This document shows positions 21,059 through 36,454 of a stretch of DNA of 64,000 nt, piece by piece; the stretch's first letter is position 1; each line of letters starts with the position of its first letter. The DNA is from Macrostomum lignano. Lineage: Eukaryota. The position numbers were made by a program, and so were the translations under genes. The stretch covers positions 124,001-188,000 of the forward strand of contig NIVC01000834.1 of assembly GCA_002269645.1 (NCBI GenBank), read 5' to 3'. The notes under the pieces are model-generated. The model had not been told where the DNA came from. It searched no databases and worked only from the letters and a program-made list of their open reading frames with translations.

Positions 21059-24000
21059 TCATGCGGATCTCTGGTGCTGCAGGCCTCCCGGAGGCGGCCG
21101 GCCAATTGAGGAGCCACCGGGGCCGCCGCTTGCTGCGCCGCTGCCGTGGCTGTGCCGGCCCTCGTGCTGGTTGGTGAACCGCTGCAGGCAGACCACCCTA
21201 TCCGACAGCAGCACCGGGAATTTGGCCGGCGGATTCGTGATGATGTAGCGCTTCTTGAGCGTCTGCTTGCCCTCTTCCGGCGGGGTGAGCAGCCGGTACA
21301 GGCCGATGCAGAGGATGCCGTACCGGTGCAGAGCGCCCAGAAACAGGTCGGAGTACACCGCCCCGGCTCCGGTGACAAATTCTCGAAGTCGTTCGTCGTC
21401 AACCGCCAGCTGGGAGACTCGCGATCTGTCCCGGTTTGCCAACGACTCCGGCGTGCTGAAGCCGCCGCGAATGCCGGCGCCCTCGGCCAGGATCTGCTCA
21501 AGCTCAGGCGTTGCTCCGCCCGTGATGAGCGTCCGGATTAGCGTCAGCGCATTCTCGTTGAAATAGGCCGTGCTCATGAGCGAGTCGAGCACGCTGATGG
21601 CAAACGAGGTGCCGCAGGCGAACGGCTGCGTCATGTACAGCTCGATGTCGGGGTCATCGTCGTCGTCCTGCTCGAGGAACTGGACGTTATCGTCCATGGA
21701 GAGCTCAGTCAGGATTCGGACATTGTTATTGGAGCTCGGTGGCGTGGTGGCGACCTGCTGAGTCGGTGGAGCCTCGGTGTCGAACTTCATCGCCTTGATG
21801 TTCAGCGAGCACAGAATGGCCTCCTTATCGGCCAGAGTCGGGTCGTCCAGATTCGAAGCCTGCTTCGAGCTCAGCACCACGCAGATCTCGGCCAGGTTGA
21901 TGTTGACCGCGCGCAGGTTGGACCGGTTGAGCGGGGAGCCGGGGAAGATGCTCAGCTTGGGAAAATTCATCAGCGTCTTCCACTCGCGCCGCATGTAGTC
22001 GGCGTTGCCTACGAAGATCACGTGCTTGAGGTCGTGATAATGAAAGTTGCTCGCCCGAAGCGGCATCACGAAGTTGCGCAGGCCGATCAACGGGCTGCCA
22101 GCGTCGGCGAACAGGCAGACGACGATGTGGTTAGAGTACACCGTCGCCGTGACCTGCTCGCGGTCCAGAATCGCGTCCTCGAAGTTCACATCTGGACACC
22201 AGTGGAACATTCCAGTGGAGTCGAACTTGCGGTCCATCTGATCGTGCAGCTTCTGCAGCGAGATCGGGTTGGTGTGCGCCACAGAGAGCTTGCCGTGCCG
22301 GCTGCTGTGGCTGATGTCCCCCGGCTCCGGAGCCGATCCCGGCAGCTGCAGGTGCCGGCCAGGACTCGCGCCGCCTCCGTCGCCCAAGCCGCCCGTAGCA
22401 ACCGGTAGCGAGTTCTGGCCCTGGCCCGGGTGATTTCTGCTCCTGGGATTTGCTGCCTGCTGCTGATGCTGCTGCTTTTGCTGCTGCTGTTGTTGCAGTT
22501 GCTTTTGCTTTGATTGCGACTTTGACTTGGCCGTTATCGCCACAGAAGTTTTGCAGCGGCACTTCTTTATCAGACGCGAGTCTTCGACGTCGCCGTGGCA
22601 GCGTTTGCAGAAGAAAAACGCCTTCTTGACCTCCTCGGCCGCTTGGGCGATGAAGAAGCCCTGCGTGCCCTGCTCGATGCGGATGTTCTCCTTGGGGTTG
22701 ATGGCGATGCAGCTCTCCGTGCCCTGGTCGTTCTTGGCCTCTACAGCAATGAGCAGCAGGTTCAGCCTGGTGAAGCAGAGCTCAGCCGCCATGGGAAACG
22801 TCAGGCCTTCGAACGCCGGCGACAGGTACTCGGTGTACATCTCCATGCCGGCGCCCTCCAGGTAGTTGTTGAGCCACTTCGGCATGGCCTTGTCGTCCTT
22901 GTAGCTGCGCATGGTGAATAGGTTGGCCAGCAGGGTGGAGAAGCCGAACGCCAGGCAGCTCTGCGCCAGGAAGCCCAGCTTCAGCTCGGCGATGCAGACG
23001 GCATCATCGCCCTGCTTCCAGTCCCAGCTGGGGATGTTCAGCAGGTAAGTCTTGTTGTGGTACTGCATCAGCTGGATGATCACCTTGATCCGCTCATAGA
23101 AGTTCTTGATGGAGATCACGCGCATGATGTTGGCCGCATCCTCAGCATCCGGGTCGGGGCAGTACTTGTTGGCCAGCACCAGGCAAGCGTCCGCCGTCTC
23201 CAGGCCCACCCGGGACAGGTCCTTGGAGTTCATCACGGAGCCCTGGAAGAACTCCACCTGGGTGAAGTGACGCTTGAACAGGCCCTGCAGCTCCAGGTCG
23301 GGCACGTGCTTGTCCAGAATCACAATCTGGACGTCAACATCTTCGCGGTCCTCGTGCAGGAAGTCGCCGAGGAAGTTGGCCACGGACTCGTAGGTGATGT
23401 GGCCGCACAGCACGATGTGCTGCTTGCCGGCCTCCTTGCGGTAGTAGCCGCCGTACTTGTTGCGCGAGCTGAGAATGTCTGCGATCTCCGGGATGGAGTT
23501 GGCGAACACGGCCAGACCGCCCATGATCACCAGGGCGGAGAACAGCCGGCCGGTGCTCGTGGTGCAATAGATGTCGCCGTAGCCCACAGTCGACATTGTC
23601 ACGATAACAAAATAGATGCAGGTCGGATAGGTCATGTTGAAGCTGATGTTCGGATTGGTGAATGACGGCGGGTCGCCCGAGTTCTCAATCAGGTGCACGA
23701 AGCCGGCCGCGGTGAGCACCAGGGAGGCGAAGAATGTCATGAGTTGGAACAGCCGGATGCTCGTGCTGGTCTTCAGAATGTTCAGGTACTGCAGCACGTC
23801 CGGCAGGCTGAGGATGCGCAGAGCTCGAGTCGAGCGCAGCCCGATCCAGTTGCGGTTCAGGTAGATTGAGACAAACGACGGCGGTATGGTCAGGATGTCC
23901 ACCAGGCTGTACATCTCGAACCAGAACAGCAGCTTGTCCTGGGCGGCGATGAACCGGATGAAGAAGTAGATCAGGAAGATGACATTGAAGGCGAGATCGA

Positions 24001-24544
24001 TTTGCTGGGACAGGCTGTCCGACCAGCGGATGCACTCCTCGGTCTGCTTCATGCTGGCCGTGTCGATGATGTACACCATGAGGGAGGCGATGCTGATCAG
24101 GAACACCAGCACCACCAGGATGCGGCCTGTGGTGGTCTGGCCGGAGATCAGCTCGCCCGCCCAGTCCTTGGCCTCCGTCAGCCAGCCGACTTCGACTTCC
24201 TCTTCGGTTGACTCGTCGGCCTCATCCTCGTCTCCGCTGTCATCCGTTTTCTCCTTGTTCTCCGGCTGCTTGCCGGCGGCGCCGGCCCTGCCGGCCCCGA
24301 TCTTGCCGGCCAGGTGCGACAGCAGGCGGTAGACAAGGACGAACAGGACGCCGCCAAGGAGCACGATGCCGCTGCTGGCCAGGAAGATGTACCACTTGCG
24401 CTGGCCGGTGCAGGCCAGCGGGCCCGCCAGCGACGAGCGAGTTCCGTTGGCGGCTGCCGCGGCTGTCGCAGCTGTCGTCGTTGCCGCAGCCGCAGTCGTG
24501 AGCAGCTTCGTTGAAGCAGAAGCGGCCGTGGTGGCAGTGGCCAT
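21059..24544 (-). CDS. KCNMA1: Slo1/BK large-conductance Ca2+- and voltage-activated K+ channel alpha subunit, 1161 aa, single exon
   Basis: Contains S0-S6 with S4 ([11 protein letters not shown]), the pore [12 protein letters not shown]1 ([18 protein letters not shown]), a heme motif CKRCH, RCK2, the Ca-bowl [24 protein letters not shown] and C-terminal RYIITNPP. The ORF-track start at 24580 is GTG; the first ATG (24544) is in a GCCATGG context. Confidence 0.97.
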   Translation of the reverse strand: MATATTAASASTKLLTTAAAATTTAATAAAAANGTRSSLAGPLACTGQRKWYIFLASSGIVLLGGVLFVLVYRLLSHLAGKIGAGRAGAAGKQPENKEKTDDSGDEDEADESTEEEVEVGWLTEAKDWAGELISGQTTTGRILVVLVFLISIASLMVYIIDTASMKQTEECIRWSDSLSQQIDLAFNVIFLIYFFIRFIAAQDKLLFWFEMYSLVDILTIPPSFVSIYLNRNWIGLRSTRALRILSLPDVLQYLNILKTSTSIRLFQLMTFFASLVLTAAGFVHLIENSGDPPSFTNPNISFNMTYPTCIYFVIVTMSTVGYGDIYCTTSTGRLFSALVIMGGLAVFANSIPEIADILSSRNKYGGYYRKEAGKQHIVLCGHITYESVANFLGDFLHEDREDVDVQIVILDKHVPDLELQGLFKRHFTQVEFFQGSVMNSKDLSRVGLETADACLVLANKYCPDPDAEDAANIMRVISIKNFYERIKVIIQLMQYHNKTYLLNIPSWDWKQGDDAVCIAELKLGFLAQSCLAFGFSTLLANLFTMRSYKDDKAMPKWLNNYLEGAGMEMYTEYLSPAFEGLTFPMAAELCFTRLNLLLIAVEAKNDQGTESCIAINPKENIRIEQGTQGFFIAQAAEEVKKAFFFCKRCHGDVEDSRLIKKCRCKTSVAITAKSKSQSKQKQLQQQQQQKQQHQQQAANPRSRNHPGQGQNSLPVATGGLGDGGGASPGRHLQLPGSAPEPGDISHSSRHGKLSVAHTNPISLQKLHDQMDRKFDSTGMFHWCPDVNFEDAILDREQVTATVYSNHIVVCLFADAGSPLIGLRNFVMPLRASNFHYHDLKHVIFVGNADYMRREWKTLMNFPKLSIFPGSPLNRSNLRAVNINLAEICVVLSSKQASNLDDPTLADKEAILCSLNIKAMKFDTEAPPTQQVATTPPSSNNNVRILTELSMDDNVQFLEQDDDDDPDIELYMTQPFACGTSFAISVLDSLMSTAYFNENALTLIRTLITGGATPELEQILAEGAGIRGGFSTPESLANRDRSRVSQLAVDDERLREFVTGAGAVYSDLFLGALHRYGILCIGLYRLLTPPEEGKQTLKKRYIITNPPAKFPVLLSDRVVCLQRFTNQHEGRHSHGSGAASGGPGGSSIGRPPPGGLQHQRSA

Positions 24545-25785
24545 GGCGCAATGGTTTTGCCGATCTGCCGCTGCCGCCACCAGCTACTCAGCATCGACGG
24601 CTGAGGGCCGATCGTGCGCGCTGTCGGTAGCGCTGAACCAGCAGGAACAGACGGCCCACTTGGCGAGGTTGACAAGCCGCGAGAGCGCTGCTCGAAGGCT
24701 ATGAATGCGAGCTGTCAGACGCTGGCCTATGGACAGCCACTGCAGCAGTGGAAACTAAAATCCACTTTGGGCGTAAATTGCCCGACTCTCCGGTGCTGTA
24801 TCTTATCCCCCGCCCGTTGGTGTGTACTGCAACAGGAAGCGCAACTCTGTCCACCGATGCTCTTAGTGCCGCATCGTCCCCAGCAGCCTCTCCGCTACCC
24901 TCTAGTCTTCGCCCCTCTCCCATTGGCCGCTGCAGTTCGCGAGCGGGGCTCTGGACTGTCCAGTGCAGTTGTGAAGACCGAAAAAGCCGAACAATGCGCC
25001 CGCTGTTCTTCACTGTCCCTTCCTCAACCATTGCTTCTGAAGCTGCACAGGAGGCGCTGCGGGCCGTTCAGTCAGTCAGGCAGCCAGGCAGTATCGGTAA
25101 TCAGCGATCCGTCTGCACTTTTGGTGGGCGCACGGCACAAAAATGCTAAGCTACCCCCTCACTGCTGCTGCTGCTGCTGCTGCAGGCAGTCCATTTGAAG
25201 CCCCACCACGCCCTCTGGTCTGCCTCTCCCTTACAGCAGCCATTACTCGTACAGCTGCTGCAGTCTCTCCCTCTCTCTCGCCTCCCCCTTGTCAGCGTGT
25301 TTTAGGGAGGCCAAGCTTTCGAAGCTATCAAAGCTCTTGGGGCCTCGGGATGGGGGGCAGCAATCTGCCCGGGGGGGACTTTGCGGGCAGGGGGCAGAAT
25401 GGAGATGTTCGCAGTCCGAAATGAATGGCCAAGCAGCCGGGACAAGCATTTTCTCTTCTGGGTTGGCCAAATGTTTCTTAGCAAAGGATAATTCTCCTCG
25501 TTACTTGCCCCCCTGTTTCTGGGTCAGCTCTCGTCTTTTCTCCTCTTATAGTTTCACTCCTTATCCAATTTTAACCATCTGGTCTCCATTCTAACAAACA
25601 GCGCTGCCCCAGCGTGAAATGATTTTCTGGTAAAGAAATCCCCAAGCAACTCCCTTGAACAGCAGAACAAGTGCTGCAATCAATATTGAAAAAGGTCTGT
25701 TGATCTGAATGACTTATCTTGAGGCTTTATTAAAAGGGTTTTGAAACTGTGGTCCGCCTTTGTTAAAACTGTTGCTGGAAGACGA

Positions 25786-26341
25786 AAAACTGGGACTGAA
25801 AAAGCGCCAAAACTGGGATTGAAAAAGCGCCAAAACTGGGACTGAAAAAGCGCCAAAACTGGGACTGAAAAAGCGCCAAAACTGGGATTGAAAAAGCGCC
25901 AAAACTGGGATTGAAGAGGCGCCAAAACTGGGATTGAAAAAGCGCCAAAACTGGGATTGAAAAAGCGCCAAAACTGGGATTGAAAAAGCGCCAAAACTGG
26001 GACTGAAAAAGCGCCAAAACTGGGACTGAAAAAGCGCCAAAACTGGGACTGAAAAAGCGCCAAAACTGGGATTGAAAAAGCGCCAAAACTGGGACTGAAA
26101 AAGCGCCAAAACTGGGACTGAAAAAGCGCCAAAACTGGGATTGAAAAAGCGCCAAAACTGGGATTGAAAAAGCGCCAAAACTGGGACTGAAAAAGCGCAA
26201 AAACTGGAACTGAAAAAGCGCCAAAACTGGGACTGAAAAAGCGCCAAAACTGGGAATGAAAAAGCGCCAAAACTGGGATTGAAAAAGCGCCAAAACTGGG
26301 ATTGAAAAAGCGCCAAAACTGGGATTGAAGAGGCGCCAAAA
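25786..26341. repeat. 23-bp minisatellite (AAAACTGGGATTGAAAAAGCGCC), ~24 copies
   Basis: Directly visible with period 23. Confidence 0.95.
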
Positions 26342-26821
26342 CGGTCATCTGAGAACAACCACAGCATGTTTAACTCGCATCCGGAACTGAGCTGCCATCC
26401 AGCGGTGCACCGAAGCTCTCTGTATGCCGAGTATTTTTTCATCGCTATGAAAGCTGCCCCCGCTGTTGCAATTAGCACAGAGTGCAACAGCCAGCTGGGG
26501 TCTGCTGAGAGGCGAATGCAAAACATGCCAAATTTATTCTGTAGCTCAGCGTATTCCCTCAAGTCTGACTCTTGCCAACACATCTGGCGAATTAACTGCA
26601 AGCTGAGCTAGGGTTATGCTAATCAGGGCTAGGAATTTACGGAGCACAATTAGGAATTGTCTGGCTAGTGAGCGTATTAGTAGCATTTTATCTGTTTGAA
26701 TGCACACTGGCAATAAGGAGCGTTGCTAGCGGCCCCGAATTACCTCTGTAGGATCTGGGAAATCGGGCTGCCAACGATTTCTCAGATGGCCTCTCTACTT
26801 CTCCGCTCCTTTTACTCCTGT

Positions 26822-27160
26822 TCTCCTCTCTCCCCTATTTGCCCTCTCTCCCCTCTTTGCCCTCTCTCCCCTATTTGCCCTCTCTCCCCTCTACCCTCTC
26901 TCCCCTATTTGCCCTCTCTCCCCTATTTGCCCTCTCTCCCCTCTACCCTCTCTCCCCTATTTGCCCTCTCTCCCCTATTTGCCCTCTCTCCCCTCTACCC
27001 TCTCTCCCCTATTTGCCCTCTCTCCCCTCTTTGCCCTCTCTCCCCTTTTTGCCCTCTCTCCTCTCTTTGCCCTCTCTCTCCGCTTTGCCCTCTCTCCCCT
27101 CTTTGCCCTCTCTCCCCTCTTTGCCCTCTCTCCCCTCTTTGCCCTATCTCTCCTCTCTTT
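26822..27160. repeat. Pyrimidine-rich ~18-bp repeat (TCTCTCCCCTATTTGCCC)
   Basis: Directly visible. Confidence 0.9.
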
Positions 27161-27515
27161 CCTCTTTCCACCTCAAAACTACAATTTCCCGTTTCCCTAT
27201 TTTTCTCCCAACCTTCCCATCAGGTTTCCCCCAGAAGCGTCTGCAAGCGCACTGGCAGCAGTACTCAATGCTACAGGAAGCAAAACTGACAAACAGAAAA
27301 TTATACGAAATTTCATAGAAGAGCAGTGCAGCGCGATCCACTCCAGCCGTTCGAATTTTAATCATTTCCGATCGATATCTGTCACCAATACGACTTCCGA
27401 ATAGCCTAACTTTGAGTATTAGCATTGGAGTCACTTTAAATAGTTTTAATGCTATCTAAAAACCCAGAAAGTATGTACATTGATCTCTAGCTTGTTGATG
27501 GGGTATGAAAGCTTA

Positions 27516-29642
<2,127 letters not shown>

Positions 29643-30087
29643 CTATAAGATCTTGGCAGTTCAAGTTGTAGCCCCCCAGATCTGCTGTTAAGATCGAACA
29701 CTGTAGCAGGGAGTGTTCTGGCCCAGCCTAGAGTTCATAAAGAGATTCCTAGATAGATGCTGGCACCGCGGAGACACGGGGGGCAGGGGGGGGGCAATAT
29801 AACCAAACCCTTCACCGCAGGCACGTCGAAAGCAAAGCGAAGATCGGCGGCCCCAAATGCAATTTATTTTCTGGAACGTCAGCAAGCAAAAGAGGATTTG
29901 GTTTTGGTGGCGAGTTTAAAAATAGCTGCAGATTGCTGGACCGAAATCGCACTTCCTTTTAGTACCTGCCCTGATGGCAGCTGCAGATTGTGTGGGACTT
30001 TGGAAAGTATTAGCCTTTGGCTTCCCAAATCTAGTGCGTCCGCGAATAGAGCGTTTGATTGACACAGCGATGTTTGGTGCATTGGTA

Positions 30088-30786
30088 TTCGAACTCGAGC
30101 TCGAACTTGAACTCAAACTCAAGCTCGAACTTGAACTTGAACTTGAACTCTAACTCAAACTCTAACATAAACTCGAACTCGAACTCGAACTTGAACTCGA
30201 ACTCGAACTTGAACTCGAACTCGAACTTGAACTCGAACTTAAACTCGAACATAAACTCGAACTCGAACTTGAACTTGAACTTGAACTCTAACTCGAACTT
30301 AAACTCGAACCTTACTCGAACTTGAACTCGAGCTTGAACTCGAACTTGAACTCGAACTCGAACTTAAACTCGAACTTGAACTCGAACTTAGACTCGAACT
30401 TGAACTCGAACTTGAACTCGAACATAAACTCGAACTTGAACTCGAACTTAGACTCGAACTTGAACTCGAACTTAAACTCGAACTTGAACTCGAACTTGAA
30501 CTCGAGCTTGAACTCGAACTTGAACTCGAACTTGAACTCTAACTCGAACTTAAACTCGAACCTTACTCGAACTTGAACTCGAGCTTGAACTCGAACTTGA
30601 ACTCGAACTCGAACTTAAACTCGAACTTGAACTCGAACTTAGACTCGAACTTGAACTCGAACTTGAACTCGAACTTGAACTCGAACTTGAACTCGAACTT
30701 GAACTCGAACTTGAACTCGAGCTTGAACTCGAACTTGAACTCGAACTCGAACTTGAAATTGAACTCGAACTCTAAATCAAACTCAA
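30088..30786. repeat. Hexamer microsatellite (GAACTC/GAACTT/AAACTC)n
   Basis: Directly visible. The block CCTTACTCGAACTTGAACTCGAGC occurs at 30311 and 30561. Confidence 0.95.
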
Positions 30787-31283
30787 ATTTTGCTAAAGAT
30801 ATTCCTGCACGCAAACCCTACCAATCAGGCGCGAGAATCAGCTACAATTCGACCCAGCAACAGAGGCTATAAAAAATAAATTAATTTTTATCGACATTTT
30901 TCGATTCCCAGCAATTTCGAATTCTCAAGCGGATCTGTCATGATTAATAACCCATGCCAGAGTCTGCTTGTCTCACTGGGCTGATTGCTCAACACGCAAT
31001 GTGGATCTTCTTTCTGGACTTGCCCTCGAGTTGGGTCCGGATTTCAGCCGGAGAGCTCGGGGCGTAGCCAAGAGGGAAGCAATTAATTATTAAATTTCAG
31101 AACAGCGGGGGTCCCAGCAGCTAGTCACAGGCCCAGGACATTGTGCGAGAGATCCTTGTACTTTTCTAGCGTTTTGCTGGCATGGATGGCCTTTCAAGTA
31201 AATATTTCACATATTTTACTTGCCTTATTAACTAATAGATCCATATGCATATATATATTTACGAGCGTATGTATATCCACATG

Positions 31284-31890
31284 CTGGCACTCATTTTAGC
31301 GCCACAGGCACTCATTTTAGCGCCGCAGGCACTTATTTTAGCGCCGCAGGCACTTATTTTAGCGCCGCAGGCACTCATTTTAGCGCCGCAGGCACTTATT
31401 TTAGCGCCGCAGGCACTTATTTTAGCGTCGCAGGCACTCATTTTAGCGCCGCAGGCACTCATTTTAGCGCCGCAGGCACTCATTTTAGCGCCGCAGGCAC
31501 TCATTTTAGCGCCGCAGGCACTTATTTTAGCGCCGCAGGCACTTATTTTAGCGCCGCAGGCACTCATTTTAGCGCCGCAGGCACTCATTTTAGCGCCGCA
31601 GGCACTTATTTTAGCGTCGCAGGCACTTATTTTAGCGCCGCAGGCACTCATTTTAGCGCCGCAGGCACTTATTTTAGCGCCGCAGGCACTTATTTTAGCG
31701 TCGCAGGCACTTATTTTAGCGCCGCAGGCACTCATTTTAGCGTCGCAGGCACTCATTTTAGCGCCGCAGGCACTCATTTTAGCGTCGCAGGCACTCATTT
31801 TAGCGCCGCAGGCACTCATTTTAGCGCCGCAGACACTCATTTTAGCGCCGCAGGCACTCATTTTAGCGCCGCAGACACTCATTTTAGCGC
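31284..31890. repeat. 21-bp minisatellite (GGCACTCATTTTAGCGCCGCA), ~29 copies
   Basis: Directly visible; it is the source of the LILAPQA ORF. Confidence 0.95.
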
Positions 31891-31891
31891 C

Positions 31892-32015
31892 GTGTCCTTG
31901 AGTAAGACACTTAACTCTGCAGTCTTCGGACTGAACAGCCGTACGCAGCCTTCAGATGGGCCGCGCAATAGCTGCGGCTGAGCTGTCGGTTGCACATTGC
32001 CCGTGGGGCCAGGTT
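31892..32015 (+). mobile_element. Truncated SINE (central domain plus 3' end), same family as 38802-39098
   Basis: GTGTCCTTGAGTAAGACACTTAACTCTGC and GGACTGAACAGCCGTACGCAGCCTTCAGATG..CCGCGCAATAGCTGCGGCTGAGCTGTCGGTTGCAC match the reverse complement of the intronic SINE. Confidence 0.8.
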
Positions 32016-32249
32016 TAATCAAACTCGTATTATTATTAATGCAACAAAAATCCGGTTAAAGGTCACACAGTACTTTCATTATTGTCAAGCTTCCAGCAGA
32101 TTAAGAGAAAAAAAGAAATTTACCAACTTGCAGATCCGGGATCGCAAGCACACATGCCAGTTTTACTCCGCCCCTGGAGCACTTAAGAGCTAATAAAATG
32201 CCTCATGTATTGTCAATTAATCACTGTACTCAATGTTCTTTAATAATTC

Positions 32250-35200
32250 ATGATTGCATGTAGAACACTAGCACACCATACTGATTACATGTAGAACACT
32301 AGCACACCATACTTATTGCATGTAGAACACTAGCACACCATACTGATTGCATGTAGAACACTAGCACACCATACTGATTGCATGTAGAACACTAGCACAC
32401 CATACTGATTACATGTAGAACACTAGCACACCATACTTATTGCATGTAGAACACTAGCACACCATACTGATTGCATGTAGAACACTAGCACACCATACTG
32501 ATTGCATGTAGAACACTAGCACACCATACTGATTGCATGTAGAACACTATAGCACACGATTACTGATTACGTGTAGAACACTAGCACACCATACTGATTG
32601 CATGTAGAACACTAGCACACCATACTGATTGCATCTAGAACACTAGCACACCATACTGATTGCATCTAGAACACTAGCACACCATACTGATTACATCTAG
32701 AACACTAGCACACCATACTGATTACATCTAGAACACTAGCACACCATACTGATTACATCTAGAACACTAGCACACCATACTGATTACATCTAGAACACTA
32801 GCACACCATACTGATTACATCTAGAACACTAGCACACCATACTGATTGCATCTAGAACACTAGCACACCATATTGATTACATCTAGAACACTAGCACACC
32901 ATACTGATTACATGTAGAACACTAGCACACCATACTGATTGCATCTAGAACACTAGCACACCATACTGATTGCATCTAGAACACTAGCACACCATACTGA
33001 TTACATGTAGAACACTAGCACACCATACTGATTACATCTAGAACACTAGCACACCATACTGATTACATGTAGAATACTAGCACACCATACTGATTGCATG
33101 TAGAACACTAGCACACCATACTGATTGCATACTGAGAGAACACTAGCACACCATACTGATTGCATCTAGAACACTAGCACACCATACTGATTACATCTAG
33201 AACACTAGCACACCATACTGATTACATCTAGAACACTAGCACACCATACTGATTACATCTAGAACACTAGCACACCATACTGATTACATCTAGAACACTA
33301 GCACACCATACTGATTACATCTAGAACACTAGCACACCATACTGATTACATCTAGAACACTAGCACACCATACTGATTACATCTAGAACACTAGCACACC
33401 ATACTGATTGCATGTAGAACACTAGCACACCATACTGATTGCATGTAGAACACTAGCACACCATACTGATTACATGTAGAACACTAGCACACCATTACTG
33501 ATTACGTGTAGAACACTAGCACACCATACTGATTGCATCTAGAACACTAGCACACCATACTGATTGCATGTAGAACACTAGCACACCATACTGATTGCAT
33601 GTAGAACACTAGCACACGATTACTGATTACGTGTAGAACACTAGCACACGATTACTGATTACATGTAGAACACTAGCACACGATTACTGATTACGTGTAG
33701 AACACTAGCACACGATTACTGATTACATGTAGAACACTAGCACACGATTACTGATTACGTGTAGAACACTAGCACACGATTACTGATTACATGTAGAACA
33801 CTAGCACACCATACTGATTGCATGTAGAACACTAGCACACGATTACTGATTACGTGTAGAACACTAGCACACGATTACTGATTACATGTAGAACACTAGC
33901 ACACGATTACTGATTGCATGTAGAACACTAGCACACGATTACTGATTACGTGTAGAACACTAGCACACGATACTGATTGCATGTAGAACACTAGCACACG
34001 ATTACTGATTACGTGTAGAACACTAGCACACGATTACTGATTACATGTAGAACACTAGCACACGATACTGATTGCATCTAGAACACTAGCACACCATACT
34101 GATTGCGTGTAGAACACTAGCACACCATACTGATTGCGTGTAGAACACTAGCACACCATACTGATTGCATGTAGAACACTAGCACACCATACTGATTACA
34201 TGTAGAACACTAGCACACCATACTGATTACATGTAGAACACTAGCACACCATACTGATTACATGTAGAACACTAGCACACCATACTGATTACATCTAGAA
34301 CACTAGCACACCATACTGATTACATCTAGAACACTAGCACACCATACTGATTACATCTAGAACACTAGCACACCATACTGATTACATCTAGAACACTAGC
34401 ACACCATACTGATTACATCTAGAACACTAGCACACCATACTGATTACATCTAGAACACTAGCACACCATACTGATTACATCTAGAACACTAGCACACCAT
34501 ACTGATTACATCTAGAACACTAGCACACCATACTGATTGCATCTAGAACACTAGCACACCATACTGATTACATCTAGAACACTAGCACACCATACTGATT
34601 ACATGTAGAACACTAGCACACCATACTGATTACATGTAGAACACTAGCACACCATACTGATTGCATCTAGAACACTAGCACACCATACTGATTGCATCTA
34701 GAACACTAGCACACCATACTGATTGCATCTAGAACACTAGCACACCATACTGATTACATCTAGAACACTAGCACACCATACTGATTACATCTAGAACACT
34801 AGCACACCATACTGATTACATCTAGAACACTAGCACACCATACTGATTACATCTAGAACACTAGCACACCATACTGATTACATCTAGAACACTAGCACAC
34901 CATACTGATTACATCTAGAACACTAGCACACCATACTGATTACATGTAGAACACTAGCACACCATACTGATTGCATGTAGAACACTAGCACACCATACTG
35001 ATTGCATGTAGAACACTAGCACACCATACTGATTGCATGTAGAACACTAGCACACCATACTGATTACATGTAGAACACTAGCACACCATACTGATTGCAT
35101 GTAGAACACTAGCACACCATACTGATTGCATGTAGAACACTAGCACACCATACTGATTACATGTAGAACACTAGCACACGATTACTGATTACATGTAGAA

Positions 35201-35946
35201 CACTAGCACACGATTACTGATTACGTGTAGAACACTAGCACACGATTACTGATTACATGTAGAACACTAGCACACCATACTGATTGCATGTAGAACACTA
35301 GCACACGATTACTGATTACGTGTAGAACACTAGCACACGATTACTGATTACATGTAGAACACTAGCACACCATACTGATTGCATGTAGAACACTAGCACA
35401 CGATTACTGATTACGTGTAGAACACTAGCACACGATTACTGATTACATGTAGAACACTAGCACACGATTACTGATTACATGTAGAACACTAGCACACGAT
35501 TACTGATTACGTGTAGAACACTAGCACACGATTACTGATTACATGTAGAACACTAGCACACGATTACTGATTACGTGTAGAACACTAGCACACGATTACT
35601 GATTACATGTAGAACACTAGCACACCATACTGATTGCATGTAGAACACTAGCACACCATACTGATTACGTGTAGAACACTAGCACACCATACTGATTGCA
35701 TGTAGAACACTAGCACACCATACTGATTGCATGTAGAACACTAGCACACCATACTGATTATGTAGAACACTAGCACACCATACTGATTGCATGTAGAACA
35801 CTAGCACACCATACTGATTACATGTAGAACACTAGCACACCATACTGATTGCATGTAGAACACTAGCACACCATACTGATTACATGTAGAACACTAGCAC
35901 ACCATACTGATTACATGTAGAACACTAGCACACCATACTGATTACA
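32250..35946. repeat. 31-bp minisatellite (CATGTAGAACACTAGCACACCATACTGATTG), ~3.7 kb, ~119 copies
   Basis: Period 31 (GTAGAAC at 32291, 32322, ...). Variant units occur in blocks. Confidence 0.97.
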
Positions 35947-36454
35947 CGTGAGGCTACGGGAGGGTTGAATACATTGTATTGCACCAGCCTCTGACAAAAA
36001 TAATTGAAACTGACGTTTTTGGGATAATTCTCCTCTGTGTACCCGGTCCAACCCCCTAAACTCGAGCCGCAGCATCCAGCAACGCGGCAACAGGAAAGCA
36101 TTAAAAGCAAAAGCAGCAGCTGCTATCCGCACCATTTCCTGGTTATTGCTGGTCCTGTGCCTTGCGTAGACAGGAAATATATTGCCACAGCCAATTCAGG
36201 CTGACGACCATAGCTATAGCGAACAATATCTTTCAATTAGAGAATGGAAAAGTGCAGCTAATGCATCTGCATGCACGCGCGTCTGCTTTCATGAGTGCAA
36301 AGACGGAAATTGATATAGTGATTGTTGCACCAGTTATATGAAGGAAGGAAATTCCAGATACGCCAGCTACACATGTACAGTATTGGCCCTGCAAAGTTAT
36401 GTAGTAAGAATTATGGACAATTTAAATGCATGATTAAAACCGGCTCCTTGGCGA

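Noticed and set aside
24545-24580. ORF-track start of the BK channel at 24580
   Set aside because: The codon is GTG. The first ATG (24544) has a strong Kozak context.
21024-25198. Many overlapping and antisense ORFs around slo
   Set aside because: Shadow ORFs of GC-rich coding sequence with no recognisable motifs.
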